A stretch of DNA of 64,000 nt from Paragordius varius (taxonomy: Eukaryota > Animalia > Nematomorpha), in NCBI GenBank assembly GCA_964247055.1, contig OZ176059.1, positions 2,170,001 through 2,234,000 of the forward strand, read 5' to 3'. The translations under genes and the position numbers were made by a program. This document shows positions 1 to 12,937 of the stretch, piece after piece (positions within the stretch are counted from its first letter, which is position 1; every line of letters begins with the position of its first letter). Below the pieces are notes generated by a model. It was not told where the DNA came from and did no database searches. It saw nothing but the letters and a program-made list of their open reading frames with translations.

Positions 1-470
1 TGAAAAAAAACAGTTCAAATCTACAAAATCTATAAAAAATAATTTTGACCACTTTTTATACATTGTTTGTTAAGAATTATATTTTATAAAATTAAAACTT
101 ATAATTAACATCTGCCATTTGTTAACACTTTATGACCTTTTTAGGGGAGTTTTATAACCTTGGGCCCATTTAAAATTTCGATAACTTAAAAAAATTTTTA
201 GCATTAAGGCACAAATATAAACATATGATTTCTTTAGCCTTGTAAGTGAATGATATAAAAAAAGTTTTTTTACATTTAAAATAAGAATAAAAAATTGTCA
301 TCTTAAACTTTTTTGTAGCCATTTTTTCCTTTGAGTTTTTTTTAAATTGTGAATACAACACGCAAATAACTGTATATTATGGTTAATAAATATCTAAAAC
401 TTTCCAGCAATTAGTTGATTAATTTTATTGTAACTTTTTTCATTTATATTTAAATTAAACTAACTAATTA

Positions 471-807
471 CAGTATAAAATTGGAATTATACGGACAAAA
501 CGTAAAAATATAAAGACAAATTTTTTTTTCTAAGAGACAACCATACTTTTTAAATCTTAATTTTTTAAAATTTAAATAATTGTTAAAATTTGCAATTATG
601 GAATAGAAATGAATATATGTAACACAATCAATCATATATTTTCTACTTGTATATAACATTTAATATATGGAAAAAATTTTTTTGGATTTAAAAAAGTATG
701 TATGGTTGATTGGCTTGGTTATATTTTATAAAAAAAATATTTGTGTCTTTATATTTTTACGTTTTATGTCCTTTCGTATGATTCAATTTAATTTTTAATT
801 TTTACTG
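471..807. mobile_element. MITE family C (TA-flanked, CAGT termini; ITm/Tc1-mariner-like, non-autonomous)
   Basis: ~50-bp TIRs CAGTAAAAATTGAAATTATACGGACAAAACGTAAAAATATAAAGACAA. About 18 complete or partial copies, e.g. ~1120-1465, 3059-3345, ~4310-4564, 6440-~6725, ~7765-8065, 12443-12716, ~17860-18082, ~26170-26453, 26924-~27128, ~28590-28835, 44608-44939, 46666-46955, 48453-48771, ~49165-49447, ~49590-49930, 53379-53677, ~55930-56430. Confidence 0.85.
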
Positions 808-845
808 TTAATGTTGCTAATAAATTAAAAATAATCTTTTTTTAG

Positions 846-1075
846 AATTCATTTATACGTACAATGAAATTGTGGTGAATGAATGTAATGTACAAACCCT
901 ATTACCAGCTGCTTGCTTATTTCAACTTGACCAGGTGCAAAAAGTGTGCGAACAATTTTTGTTGAATCAGTTGGATTCAGGTAATTGTTTGGGTATTCGG
1001 GCTTTTGCAGATCTCCATTCTTGTCATGATTTGTATGACATAGCTGATAGATTTGTCCATAATACGTTTGAGGAG
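846..1075 (+). CDS. KLHL20: KLHL20 exon: BTB end / BACK start
   Basis: tttag|..[44 protein letters not shown]|gt. Confidence 0.93.
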
Positions 1076-1914
1076 GTTTACCTACATTATACTAACTAAT
1101 CTTTTTTACACAATACAGTACAGTAGTTAAAATTGAAATTGATTGAAATCATATATATATATGGACAAAAATGTAAAAATTATATATATAGATGGCGTAT
1201 ACATAAATATAAAAGTTTATATGTACGTAAAAGACAACTTACCATACTTTTTAAACCTTGATTTTTAGAAAAAATAACTAATGATTGTTGATTTCAACCG
1301 CAAAATATGAGATATAGGGATGTAAATTGGTAACATATAATCAATTACATATTTAATGATTGTAAATAAATGAATTTTATAGAATAAATCAAGGTTTAAA
1401 AAAAGTATGATTTTCTTTTGAAAAAAATTATTTTGTCTTTAGATTTTTACATTTTGTCCGTATAATAACACTCTTTACCATAAAAAGACGCTATTTTACC
1501 ACTTTTTATGTAATTTGGATATTTAGATACCGTTTTATATAATACGTTTATTTTGCGGTTTGACTGTATTGTCCTATTAAGAATAGTTATTTTATCTTAT
1601 AATATTCTAAAGATATAAAATACAAAAAAATTAATTTTAACAGACAAAACATATAATCTAAAAGACAAGTATATATATATATATATTTATAAGACAACCA
1701 AATCCTTATGTTAACCTTAATATTTCCTACACAAAACTATATTTACAATCTTTAACTATATAAATGAGTATATTAATATAAATCACTCGCTGTTTTTGCA
1801 TTTGAGCTAATTTAATCAAATAATCAAGGTTTTATCAAATATATTTGTCTTTTTGAAAATATATTTTTAATTTTTTACGTTTGTCCTTTAGAGTTTACTT
1901 ATTTATATAATATA

Positions 1915-2146
1915 CAGTCATATATCCTTTATTTTATCAAAAATTTATTTTTTCTCTTTAAATGGGTATTAATATTTGGTAAATAATGGAAAAAACAAGA
2001 GTTCTATGGTAATTCTTATACTTTTTCGATGAATATTATATTATTAATACCATAGAGCTCTTGTTTTTTTCCATTCTTTACCAAACATTTATAACCATTT
2101 AACGCAATAAAATAAATTTTTTGATAAAATAAAGGGTACATGACTG
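1915..2146. mobile_element. Fully palindromic MITE (family E), CAGTCAT termini, TA TSD
   Basis: TA|CAGTCATATATCCTTTATTTTATCAAAAA ... TTTTTGATAAAATAAAGGGTACATGACTG|TA; ~100-bp arms. Confidence 0.8.
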
Positions 2147-2172
2147 TAATTTAATATTATTAAATATAATAG

Positions 2173-2331
2173 GTTATGCTTAAAGAAGAGTATTTACTAT
2201 TGCCTCTTGATCAGCTGATCGAGATTATTTCAAGTGATGACCTTAATGTGCGTTACGAGGAGATTGTATTTCAAGCCGTTATGTTATGGATTAAATATGA
2301 TTTACCACAACGCCAAAAATATTTATATGAA
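2173..2331 (+). CDS. KLHL20: KLHL20 exon: BACK domain
   Basis: ag|VMLKEEYLLLPLDQLIEIISSDDLNVRYEEIVFQAVMLWIKYDLPQRQKYLYE|gttagt; missed by the ORF track. Confidence 0.93.
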
Positions 2332-2385
2332 GTTAGTTTATATAACAAAATGTAAAATGTCATTAAAAGAAAATTAATAATTTTG

Positions 2386-2429
<44 letters not shown>

Positions 2430-2687
2430 GATATAATAAAAGAATGTGGGCTAAAAAATTTCAATATAGACAAAAACATATTTTCGTTATTGCAAACATA
2501 TATTGGGATGATTATAATTGCAAAAATGAATATAATTTTGAAGTATGTTGCCAATTTAGATCTCTAGTCTATTTATTATATTTTACAGTTATATTTTAAA
2601 ACTTATTTAATTTCAAGCTTACTTGTTTTTTTTATAAAAAATTATATATTTTGTCTTTATAATTGTTTCTTTTTTACACACATATAG

Positions 2688-3051
2688 ATATTAAAACATG
2701 TTCGATTCCCAGTTATGAAAACCCCATTTTTAGTTAGCTGTGTGGGGACAGAACCGCTCATAAAATCTTGCTTAGCTTGTCGCGATTTAATTGATGAAGC
2801 TAAAGATTATCTCCTACTATGGTCTAATAATCAGCGTCAACCCGTTAACTATAATTATAATTATAATAAAAACTGTGAAGAAAATTTACACAGTTATAAC
2901 TGTAATAATTTTACCATAAAACCAAAAAATTCTGACGAGTTTAAGAATGATGAAACGCATGGGAAAGAAAAGCAAAATCTTCTACTAAGAGCTAAAAGGT
3001 TAAATCCGCGAAAAGGTCAACAAAGGAAACATCGTGAAATTCTGTATGTAG
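2688..3051 (+). CDS. KLHL20: KLHL20 exon: BACK end plus expanded linker
   Basis: ag|[50 protein letters not shown]|gtaagt. Confidence 0.92.
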
Positions 3052-4088
3052 GTAAGTACAGTTTATACGGACACAATGTGAAAATATAAAGACAAATATT
3101 TTTATTTAACAGACAACCATACTTTTTAGATCTTGATTTTTTTAATTAAATAACTCATTGTTTTAAACTACTACAAAGTATAATATAGATGTGTAAATTG
3201 GTAACACAATTAATATGAAGTTGATTATAATTAAATGTATGTTTTTTATAGAATAAATTAAGGTTTAAAAAGTATGGGTTGTGTCTTTTGGGAAAAAAAT
3301 TGTATTTATATTTTCACATTTTCCGTATAATTTCAATTTATACTGTAAGTTGGTTGATACTTTAATTAATTTTGGGGTTATGAAACAATGTGATTTAGTT
3401 GTTTTGTCTAGTTAGCTTAAAATATATTTATTTCAAATTTAATTTAGTTAAATTTACCTTAAATAGTTTAGTTTTTATTTATAAGCCAAGGGTGTAATTG
3501 ATAAAAGTTATAAAAAAAGTTTTTGTTTATTATAACAAATATAGAATTATTTTTAATTGAATTTTTTAATAAAAAATTTTTACATAGGAGTTTTATAGGT
3601 TTTAAGAGCTTTTTTAAATTAAAACTCTATTTATTAAGCCTATTTTTTACTTTCATTGGCATTAATATAATAAAATATGCGCTCTCTACCCTACGCTTTG
3701 ATGGGTGAAATTGGGCCCTTTATGTTCCCCCTTTTTAAAATATTTATAATCTATTCTATACTTTTTCCAACTAAAGTTTTCATAAAACTTTTAACAAATT
3801 AATCAATCCAAAAAATTCTTTTTGTCAAAAATATTACGTAATAAATTAAATTTTTGCACAAAACTTAAAACAGCTGGTGGGTGGTGTCACGGTGATTAGC
3901 TTTCTACCCTAGAACGCTTTGATGGGTGAAATTGGGCCCTTTGTACCCCTTTTTAAAAATATTCATAATCTACTGTCTATATTCCTTACTAAAATTTTTG
4001 ATTATACGAAAGAACTCACTCATATAAAATCTTTTAACAACAAAAATGGCTTTTTGTCAAAAAATGTCATATATAAATTTTTAAACAG

Positions 4089-4266
4089 CTGGTGGATGGT
4101 GTCATGGTGATGCGCTCTCTACCCTAGAACGCTTTGATGGGCAAAATTGGGCCCTTTGTGCCCCAATGCACAAGAGGCGATGTGGAGTTGGAATTGGGGT
4201 TTTGAACGGTTTTCTATATGCTGTAGGCGGGCATGATGGAACAAGTTACTTAAACAGTGTTGAAAG
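4089..4266 (+). CDS. KLHL20: KLHL20 exon: Kelch 1-2
   Basis: cag|(A)[58 protein letters not shown]|gt. Confidence 0.93.
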
Positions 4267-4865
4267 GTTTTTCATTAGAGTTTTTTTTTTTAAATTTTTT
4301 TTTTACAAAAGACAAAATGAACATAAAAACATAAAGACAAATATTATATTTGAAAAAACAACCATACATTTGTTAAATTTTTATTTTTACCCATATAAAT
4401 TATTAGGAATTACAGTTGTAAATTATATAATGATTGGGATTACCTTGCGATTTTATGATAATAGGGTTTCAAATGTACATCTGTTTAAAAATTACAGCGG
4501 TTTTTAAAAAAATTTTGTTTTTTATGTTTTGTACGTTTTGTCCCTATAATTTCAATTTTTACTGTATATATAATTTTTATTATGCGAAGTTCTAAATACT
4601 TAATATATTTTTGTGTTTTTATTAACAAAATTGATATATGCATATATATACTATATTTCTAATAATTTACGGTAATATTAAATAATTTTTGGTTTTAGGT
4701 GTTTTTTATTTTTACATTATATGCAATTCAAATTATTTTTTGAACTATATACAATAAATTTTTCAGGGATATATCTCTCTTACTACCTTAATGTGATTGC
4801 TTGATTTAAATTAATCCATATATCTACCTTAAATGATTCTATTTTCATTCCCCCTTTATTATAAG

Positions 4866-5015
4866 GTATGATCCTAACACAGATGTGTGGTATTGTGATG
4901 TCGAACCTACGAGTACGTGTAGAACAAGTGTTGGAGTTTGCGTTAATTATGCCTGTGGTCAATTATACGTCGTAGGGGGTCAAGATGGTGTGGCCTGCCT
5001 TAATATTGTTGAAAG
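4866..5015 (+). CDS. KLHL20: KLHL20 exon: Kelch 2-3
   Basis: ag|[49 protein letters not shown]|gtaat. Confidence 0.93.
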
Positions 5016-5692
5016 GTAATAATTTTATTTAGGGTTAGATAGCTTAAAATTTGGTTAATATTTAATGAAAAATAATGAGAATTCTAGAGAGATTAGCAAT
5101 GGATTAAGTGAATAAAAAAGGAAACCCTTTAAGTGTTTCCTATGCTCACTTTTTTTAAAAAAGGGTCTCCTTATAACAAATATAATTTAAAAACACACCT
5201 GTTTACATTCGAGTTTTCTTAAACCAAATATGCCTAAAACTGATATAACATAAGTATACCTAAAGATTCACTCCAAATTAAGGATCTCTTAAAAAAGCTA
5301 AGGAAACAGGGTTCTTTTTTTATTAACTCTACCCAAATATCATTTTTTGCAGTTTAGAAGAATTAGCTTTTGATAATTGTAAAAAATATTTATTTTTAAC
5401 ATTTTGTATTAACCCTATTATTTATTAATGGTTAAAAAGGCGTTAACTTGCTTAAATATGGTTGAGAGGTGTAAATTTAACAGAGTAAAATTATTGGCTG
5501 TTTTACAAAGATTTTGTCATTATAGTTTTGTCAATAATTGCGAATATATATTGTAAATGAGGGAATGACATTGTAAAATTTTATCAATTTTTTTTGAGGG
5601 GTTAGACTTTATAAAATTTGGCTTTAGTATATAAAACCAGCGTGAAAAGGTGTGAATTTTGTTTTAATTTATTTATTTGCTTCATATATATA

Positions 5693-5994
5693 CCATTTAC
5701 AGTTCAAATTGACCCTTGAACAATTCAAGTTCACCCTAAAAAATAAATTATGTGTTTTCTAACTTATATAACTCATTATTAATATGAAATATATCTTTAT
5801 GGCATAGTTTATTATTTTTCAGTTTTACTTTAAAACAAAATTTCATTTTTTAAAAATATAGCAAAATATAGGTAATTTTTAATTTTAAAATACACATAAT
5901 TTATTTAAGGGTGAATTTTAGTTGTTTAAGGATGAATTTGAATTGTTCAAGGGTGAATTTGAATAGTTCTAGGGTGAATTTGACTCGTAAATGG
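5693..5994. mobile_element. MITE family A (TA|CCATTT termini, 21-bp subterminal tandem repeats)
   Basis: CCATTTACAGTTCAAATT(C/G)ACCCTTGAACAATTCAA ... TGAATTTGAATTGTAAATGG. Further copies 7167-7553, ~20446-20702, ~21324-21590, 30154-~30380, 31720-31952, ~35700-35930, ~37093-37372, 38834-39179, 40618-41051, 45515-~45768, 47450-~47826, ~50254-50512. Confidence 0.85.
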
Positions 5995-7166
5995 TATATG
6001 CATTTGTGGCATTGACTCTCTAACTCTATGGTTCCCAACAGGGGATGTAGAAAAATCTAAAGGGGGGGGGTATGCCAAAAATCTGGATAATTAATTTAAT
6101 TAAAAAATAAAACCCGAAAACAAATTGAAGGATTTCAGGTGCAAATTTTTAAGATTTAATATCGATAAGGATCTCATTGATTGGGGGATTTTTATAACAT
6201 TATAATAAATTTTAACTTTTTTATCTTGGATTTTTTGAGAGGGGGGGGGGGCAAGATTTTTTATTATCAACTAGTGCAAATAAAATTTGGAAAACATTGG
6301 TATAACTGTTTCTTTTAAATTTAACCATCAAATATTCAATCAATAACTTTTATAAGCGATTACATCAGCCATTTTTATTAATCAGTTAAAACTTAATTTT
6401 ACCTACATTCCTCCTATATCAGTTATAACGCAAACAATACAGTAAAACTAGAAATTATACGGGCAAATATAATGATATATAGATAAATATTTTTTCTAAA
6501 AAAAATCATATTTTTTTAAACCTTAGTTTTCCTATATAAACTACTTAATTACATTATTAGATTATGTAATTGAGTGTATTGACAATTTACATATCTAACA
6601 TCCTATTTTCAACCCAAAATAATTAGTAATGTTTGAGTAAAATGAATAATTTTATAAAAAATATGGTTGTTTTTTAGAAAAAAATACTTGTCTTTATACT
6701 TTTACGTTTTGTCTGTATTATTTCAGTTATAACGCAAATATGAGGGAATGAACCCGATTATTATCAAAAAATATTATTATATAATTAATGTTTGACATTT
6801 GATGTCAATAGTTACGTTTTGTCTTTAAAATTATATAATTATAAATTATAACCTATAAATTTTTTACCTTTTGTGGTTACCTTATTTGGACATTTTTACT
6901 GCACACAATAATTATTATGGAATTTAAAAGTTTTACTTTTCTTTCTAATTAATAATCAACTTTTACGCAAACACGAATAATTGGTGGACTTGCTTAGCGC
7001 CTATGAGAACAAGGCATGTATTTTAGGTTTTGTTGTTCAAATTTCTATTGCTGTAATAATTTAACATATTGTTAGTACATCTAAAAATCGCTTTTTTTAA
7101 AAGTACAAAAAAAGCTCAACAATTTTACTAAAATATTTTTAGTTACGTTTTGTCCCTATAACTATA

Positions 7167-7553
7167 CCATTTACAGTTCAAATTCAACGAACAATTTAAA
7201 TTTAACCTAAAAACAAATTATGAGTTCTCCAACTAATATAACTCATTATTAATATGAACTATATCTTTATGGCATAGTTTATTATTTAGTATTATTTTAA
7301 TCTTAAACAAAATTTTTATTTTTTAAAAATATATAAAAATATTGGTAATTTTATTATTTAAAAAAAAACATATATTTATTTGAGAGTAAATTCGAATTCT
7401 TCGAGGGTCAATTTGAATTGTTCGAGGGTGAACTTGAACTGTTCAAGGGTGAATTTGAATTGTTCGAGGGTCAATTTGAATTGTTCGAGGGTCAATTTGA
7501 ATTGTCCAAGGGTGAATTTGAATTGTTTGAGGGTGAATTTGAAATGTAAATGG
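7167..7553. mobile_element. MITE family A copy with expanded right-end 21-mers
   Basis: About 7 copies of GAGGGT(G/C)AATTTGAATTGTTC before AAATGG|TA. Confidence 0.82.
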
Positions 7554-7600
7554 TAAATTTGAATTGTAAATTTATATTATCTTAACTTTTTATTTAACAG

Positions 7601-7734
7601 TTATAACGCAAACACGAATAAATGGACCCGCCTTGCACCCATGAGAACAAGGCGTTTAGGGGTAGCTGTGGCTTTTTTGGGCCCCTATTTGTATGCCATA
7701 GGTGGGGCGGATGGAACTACACCCCTTAATACGG
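7601..7734 (+). CDS. KLHL20: KLHL20 exon: Kelch 3-4
   Basis: cag|[44 protein letters not shown]|gtaaat. Confidence 0.93.
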
Positions 7735-8570
7735 GTAAATTTTTTGAAATTTTATTTAGGGTAAAAATTGAAATTTATACGGACAAAACATTTAAATAAA
7801 AGTATATTTTTTTCTTGTAAAATACAACCCCATACTTACTTTTAAGCCTAAAATTTTTTTCTAAATATAAATATTATCCATGTTAAATTATTTGCAAATA
7901 ATGAAATAAAGATGGATATTGGGGTATCAATTATATATATTATAATATTGTCAGATAATTTATATGGGTGAAAAATCAAGATTTAAAAAAGTATGGTGGT
8001 TTTTTTAGAAAAAAAAAATGTTTGTCGTTATATATTTTTACGAGTGGTCCGTATAATTTCAAATTATTTTTTATTGTAAAAATAAAAAACTCATGCTCTA
8101 TTTATTATATTTAACATGATATATTACACCTCAATTTATCCTTAAACATTTCCAATTCCTTTAAACGAAATATAATGTTTTTTAAGAAAAAATTACTAAT
8201 CTTTTTTATATTTTAAAGATGTTCCGTTTAAAATTAAAATAATTCTAAAAAGATAATCTATGCCATATAGATAATACATTTATAATTAATAATGAGTTAA
8301 ATTAGCCCAAAACACATAATTTATATTTGGGGTGAATGTGAATTTTAATTGTAAATGGTATATGTATATATATATAATACCATTTACACCTCGAATTCAT
8401 CCTTTAACATTTCCAATTACCCGACTGTGGATAAGTTTTATTTGATATTTATTTTTGGTAATTTTCAATTTTTTATATTATTACTCTGAAATAAATATAT
8501 TTGCCCATACACGCGTGGCAATTTATTTCCTTTTTTACCCCAATAAAAAAACTCTGTATAACCAATAATT

Positions 8571-9125
8571 AATCAATCTGTCTCCTCTCTCCTCGATTTT
8601 TATGCCCTAGCCCATGCCGCCCGCCATAGGAAGTGTTTTGTCTCTTCCTATGATTGAATTGAAAAATCGCCTAAAATAAATATGATATCTTTTTTTTAAG
8701 ATTTGGGAAATGGTCAAGTCGAGATTGCTGTAAAATTTTTCACAGTCGTCATCGCTGTACGAGGAGGTAGGGGCGTAAATTTCAAAGATTGTAATAATGT
8801 GGGTTGAGGGCTTGTTTGTATGCGGATTGCAATTATACGTTCATTGATTGGATTAAAAATGTCCGATAAATTAGCTATAGCTTTTTATTCATTATTATAC
8901 CGACACCGTTGTATTTTAACGAGTCATAGCCGGAGTAATACAGAATATGATTGTCAAATTCTAAAGTTCCGGTAGAGAGGATGTGTGATTCCGAAATTTT
9001 TAGTATGTCAATTTTATGCTTAGTCATTTCGTTAAAGACTATATCTGGTTTGTGATTGTTGTTAGCTCCGCGTAAATTCTACGTTGCGATACGGATGCTG
9101 AGATTATGTGATTTCAACATTAGCA
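8571..9125 (-). mobile_element. Inverted RTE-LINE fragment (endonuclease N-terminus)
   Basis: Minus strand reads ..IRIAT*NLRGANNNHKPDIVFNEMTKHKIDILKISE.. and is the reverse complement of 9142-9569. Confidence 0.8.
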
Positions 9126-9141
9126 GAATGTGGTTAGAATG

Positions 9142-12120
9142 GATATTAGGAAATTCGGAATGACACATTTTCTCTACCGGAACTTTAGAATTTGACAATC
9201 ATATTTTGTATTACTCAGGCCATGACTCGTTATAATACAACGGTGTCGGTATAATAATGAACTAAAAGCTATAGCTAATTTATCCGACATTAATAATCCA
9301 ATCAATGAACGTATAATTGCAATCCGCATACAAACAAGCCCTCAACCCATTAGTACAATCTTTCAAATTTACGCCCCTACCTCCTCTTACAGCGATGACG
9401 ACTGTGAAAAATTTTACAGTGATCTCGACTTGACCATTTCCCAAATCTCAAAAAAGGATATCATATTTATCTTAGGCGATTTCAATTCAATCATCGGAAG
9501 AGACAAAACACCTCCTATGAGGGCGGCATGGGCTTGGGCATAAAAAACGAGAGAGGAGACAGATTGATTGATTGAATTTTGTGCTAACCATCGTTTATTC
9601 GTCTCAAACACCTTTTTTAAACGGCCTAAACGACGTCTATACACATGGCGTCCATCCCGTGTCAAAGATACCGTATAACCAAATTGACTTCATATATTAG
9701 GTATGGTAAAATATAAAAGTTCATTACATTTCAGTATGTCAAATGCCTACCAGGATCGGATTGCTACAGCGACGACCATAACCTATTGATCGCCAAACTC
9801 TGCACAAAATTACAACTTCCCAAAATATCCAAACCCACAAGAACAAGATTAGATTATGATACAATCGACGACAAAATCGTTTTGAATACCTTGATGATAA
9901 TTCCGAAAACTATCAGGATATAAACTCCTATTGGAACGCTATACACATAATCTGCACAGTTACAGCCGACGAATTTATACAGCCTCTCAAACGTACTAAG
10001 CAAAAAATAAAATTGTCAACCAAAAGTCTCGAGATTGCAGAAAAACGGAGAGAATCCAAAATCAAATTCAAATGGGATGAATACAAACAACTAAACAGTG
10101 AATTTCAAAAGAGTGCAAGAGTGGACAAAAATAAGTATTATGACCAACTGTGTGAAAAATTAGAAATAGACGCCAAAAATAACCGAAACTTTTTTGCCCA
10201 TACAAACAATATTATTCCATTCACACAATACAAGTTACAAGGGTCCTATAAGAAACGCGTCACTGAAAAAGACGAAATTCGCAAACTCTGGCTTAAACAC
10301 ATAATTAAACTATACAATGTAAATAACCCCCAGACTATTAACGAACCTACTAAACAAAAAGAACCACCCATAATGAAAGAAGAAGTCGAACACCCTATAA
10401 AACACTCTAGTACCGGCAAATCAGAGGGGCCCAGAGACATCCCTACTAATATAATAAAATATATCCCAATCGATATACTTACCAAATTTTTTCAAACCAC
10501 CATATTTGAGATGGAAAAATTCCTGAGAATTGGTGCACATTAGAATTGTGCTGACCAAGTCATGACCAGGTCAGTGATTATTTATGTTTTGACCATGGTC
10601 ATTTTTAAGCATATCCAGTTACTTCGAAAAACAAAACAATCAAACACTTTGCAAAACATGCAATTATTCCATAACCAATTAAATAAGAAAACATCTTATA
10701 TTTGGATATTAATTCATTGATGAAAGAAAGTGTAAAATAAACTAGGTAAAATTCATCCTATTAAAAGCTATGTATTTGAAGATTCAGTAGGCCACAAACA
10801 TGTGGCAAAATATGATAACAAAATTTTTGGTTTGATTGAAAATATTTGTAAATAATAAATATTAATAAAATGTATAATAAACTTTTAAGAAAAAACATGA
10901 TATTATTAGTGAAACGCTAGTGCGTACGAACATTATTTTCACAATCCAATATCCCATGATATTTATTTAAGTAAAAAGTGGTCATGACCATGGTCTGACT
11001 GGGTCTCACCGGACTTTTTTGAAAAAGCAGTCAAATGCACAACCCTAGTGCACATCCATTATGATTCCTATTTTAAAAAAGGGTAATCCAGAACTGTGCG
11101 ACAACTATCGCACACCATAGCGCTCATTAACCAGATGTCCAAAGTTTTCCCAAAAATAATACAGTTTCGACCAAATACCATTCTTGACCCCGAGATATCC
11201 ACGATTCAGGCTCGTTTTCGAATAGGTATGGGATGCCGAGATATGATATGCAATATTATGAGGTGAACACTAGAGAAACATATCGAATTCAACAAAGAAC
11301 TGCTCATGTGCTTTGTCGATTTTGCCAAAGCATTTGATTCCATCCAACACAATAAATCACGAAATGCTCTAAAACAACTTGGAGTATCAACACATCTAAT
11401 CAACGTCATATTCTCAATTTACTTAAATTCCACGGCTGTAATATCTACACCTCACGGTATGTCTGATTCATATAAGGTACAAGTCGGCCTACGTCAAGGA
11501 TGCGTTTTATCCCCAATTCTTTTTAACGCATACCTTGAATGCATATTAAAAAGCTTATTACATCCGTTCTTCACTACGCGGATGATACAGTCTTATTCGC
11601 AGACAGTGTAAAGACATTATCGCGAGCCTTGCAAGTGTTTACTTTACAACTGAATGCAATAAATTTGGATTAAATATCAACTTTAAAAAAAACGAAAGTT
11701 ATGCAAATCAACCCAGCTCAAACAAACAACTAATTCAATAATCCTCAACAGTATTCAGATTGAAACGGTAAACAGTTACACGTATTTAGGTAGCATTATT
11801 AATAATGAGAACAATACGCCAGAAATAAAGCGAAGAATTGCCATCGCAAAAGCAGTCACATTCAAATATAACAAGCTTTGGACGTCACATCATGACATTA
11901 AACTAAAAACCAAAATCAATCAGATTAATCAAGGCTACAGTTTTTCCCCATTCTATGGGGGGGGGAACCTAATAAATTCTTTCGAATTATAGGTTTGGAG
12001 GAAACTTGTCCAAATAAAATGGACAGACGGAAATGTCACTTCTAGGCAGCTTAATACGGCAAAAACTCTCCTGTTTCGGGCACATTATGAGAGTTAACTC
12101 ACTTGAAAAGTCACTGATAT
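9142..12120 (+). mobile_element. Decayed RTE-clade non-LTR retrotransposon (APE endonuclease + RT)
   Basis: Frameshifted motifs QIYAPT, ILGDFNS, EFCANHRLFVSNTFFKRPKRRLYTW, NQID, SDDH, GKIPENWCTSIMIPILKKG, FVDFAKAFDS, GLRQGCVLSPILFN, YADDTVLFA, YLGS, FGHIMR..SLEK; many stops; 3' end truncated. Confidence 0.9.
10541..11047. mobile_element. hAT-type non-autonomous element nested in the RTE LINE
   Basis: 8-bp TSD GTGCACAT (10533-10540, 11048-11055); imperfect TIR TAGAATTGTGC/GCACAACCCTA; subterminal TGACC/GGTCA repeats; removal restores the frame WCT-SIMIP. Confidence 0.85.
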
Positions 12121-12368
12121 CCACAATTTATCCTCATAATTTACTAATTATTCTATATATATACTTTATTAAAACATTTCTTTTTCGACAAAAAAAAATT
12201 TTTAAAACAAAAATAAAATAATTTCTTTCCTATGAAATTTTCTAAACGGAATGATGATGGTTTTTTTGATTATCCTTTGTTAATGCATCTCTATTTTCAA
12301 ATGATTCAATTATAACTTTAAGGCTTTTTTTCAACAAATAATTATATAGGATATAAGATAATTTTTAA

Positions 12369-12416
<48 letters not shown>

Positions 12417-12937
12417 AAACATTAATTTTTTCAACCCTTGTACAGTAGTGAAAACTGAAATACGGACAAAACATAAAAATATAAGACAATTTTTTTTATA
12501 AAAGACAATCATACTTTTTGATTTTTTTCAGTATAACTCATTGTTTAAAATGGTAAAGATGTATATTGGTAACACAATCCATTCCATATTTTAGAATTGT
12601 ATATATGAATGATTAACAAGGTTTTAATAAGTATGGTCGGTTGTCTTTTAAATAAATATATTTGTCTTTACATTTTTCTGTTTTTTTGTCCATAGTATAT
12701 AATTTCAATTTTACTGTAATTTAACATATTTAAAACATGTATTTTATGATTTTTTAAGGCTTTTATGTGTTTTAATAAATTTTTTAATAATTTTTCTATA
12801 AATATGTTAATTTTATGATTTTTTAATGTTTTTTGTCAAAAAAATTTTAAATTTTCTATAAAACATTAATTTTATGATTTTTTTAAGTTTTTTTGTAAAG
12901 AGTTTTCTAAATTTTTCTATAAATATTAATGTTATAG

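Noticed and set aside
170-659. Short F/I/K/Y-rich ORFs here and throughout (e.g. 3523, 17925, 20821, 23757, 29209, 46888)
   Set aside because: Chance ORFs in AT-rich DNA, many overlapping MITE TIRs (KKICLYIFTFCPYNSNF) or (TA)n runs (YIYIYI).
9414-10485. Minus-strand ORFs overlapping the RTE LINE (also 11206-11409, and 59739-59993 on the + strand over the second LINE)
   Set aside because: Antisense shadows of retrotransposon coding sequence.
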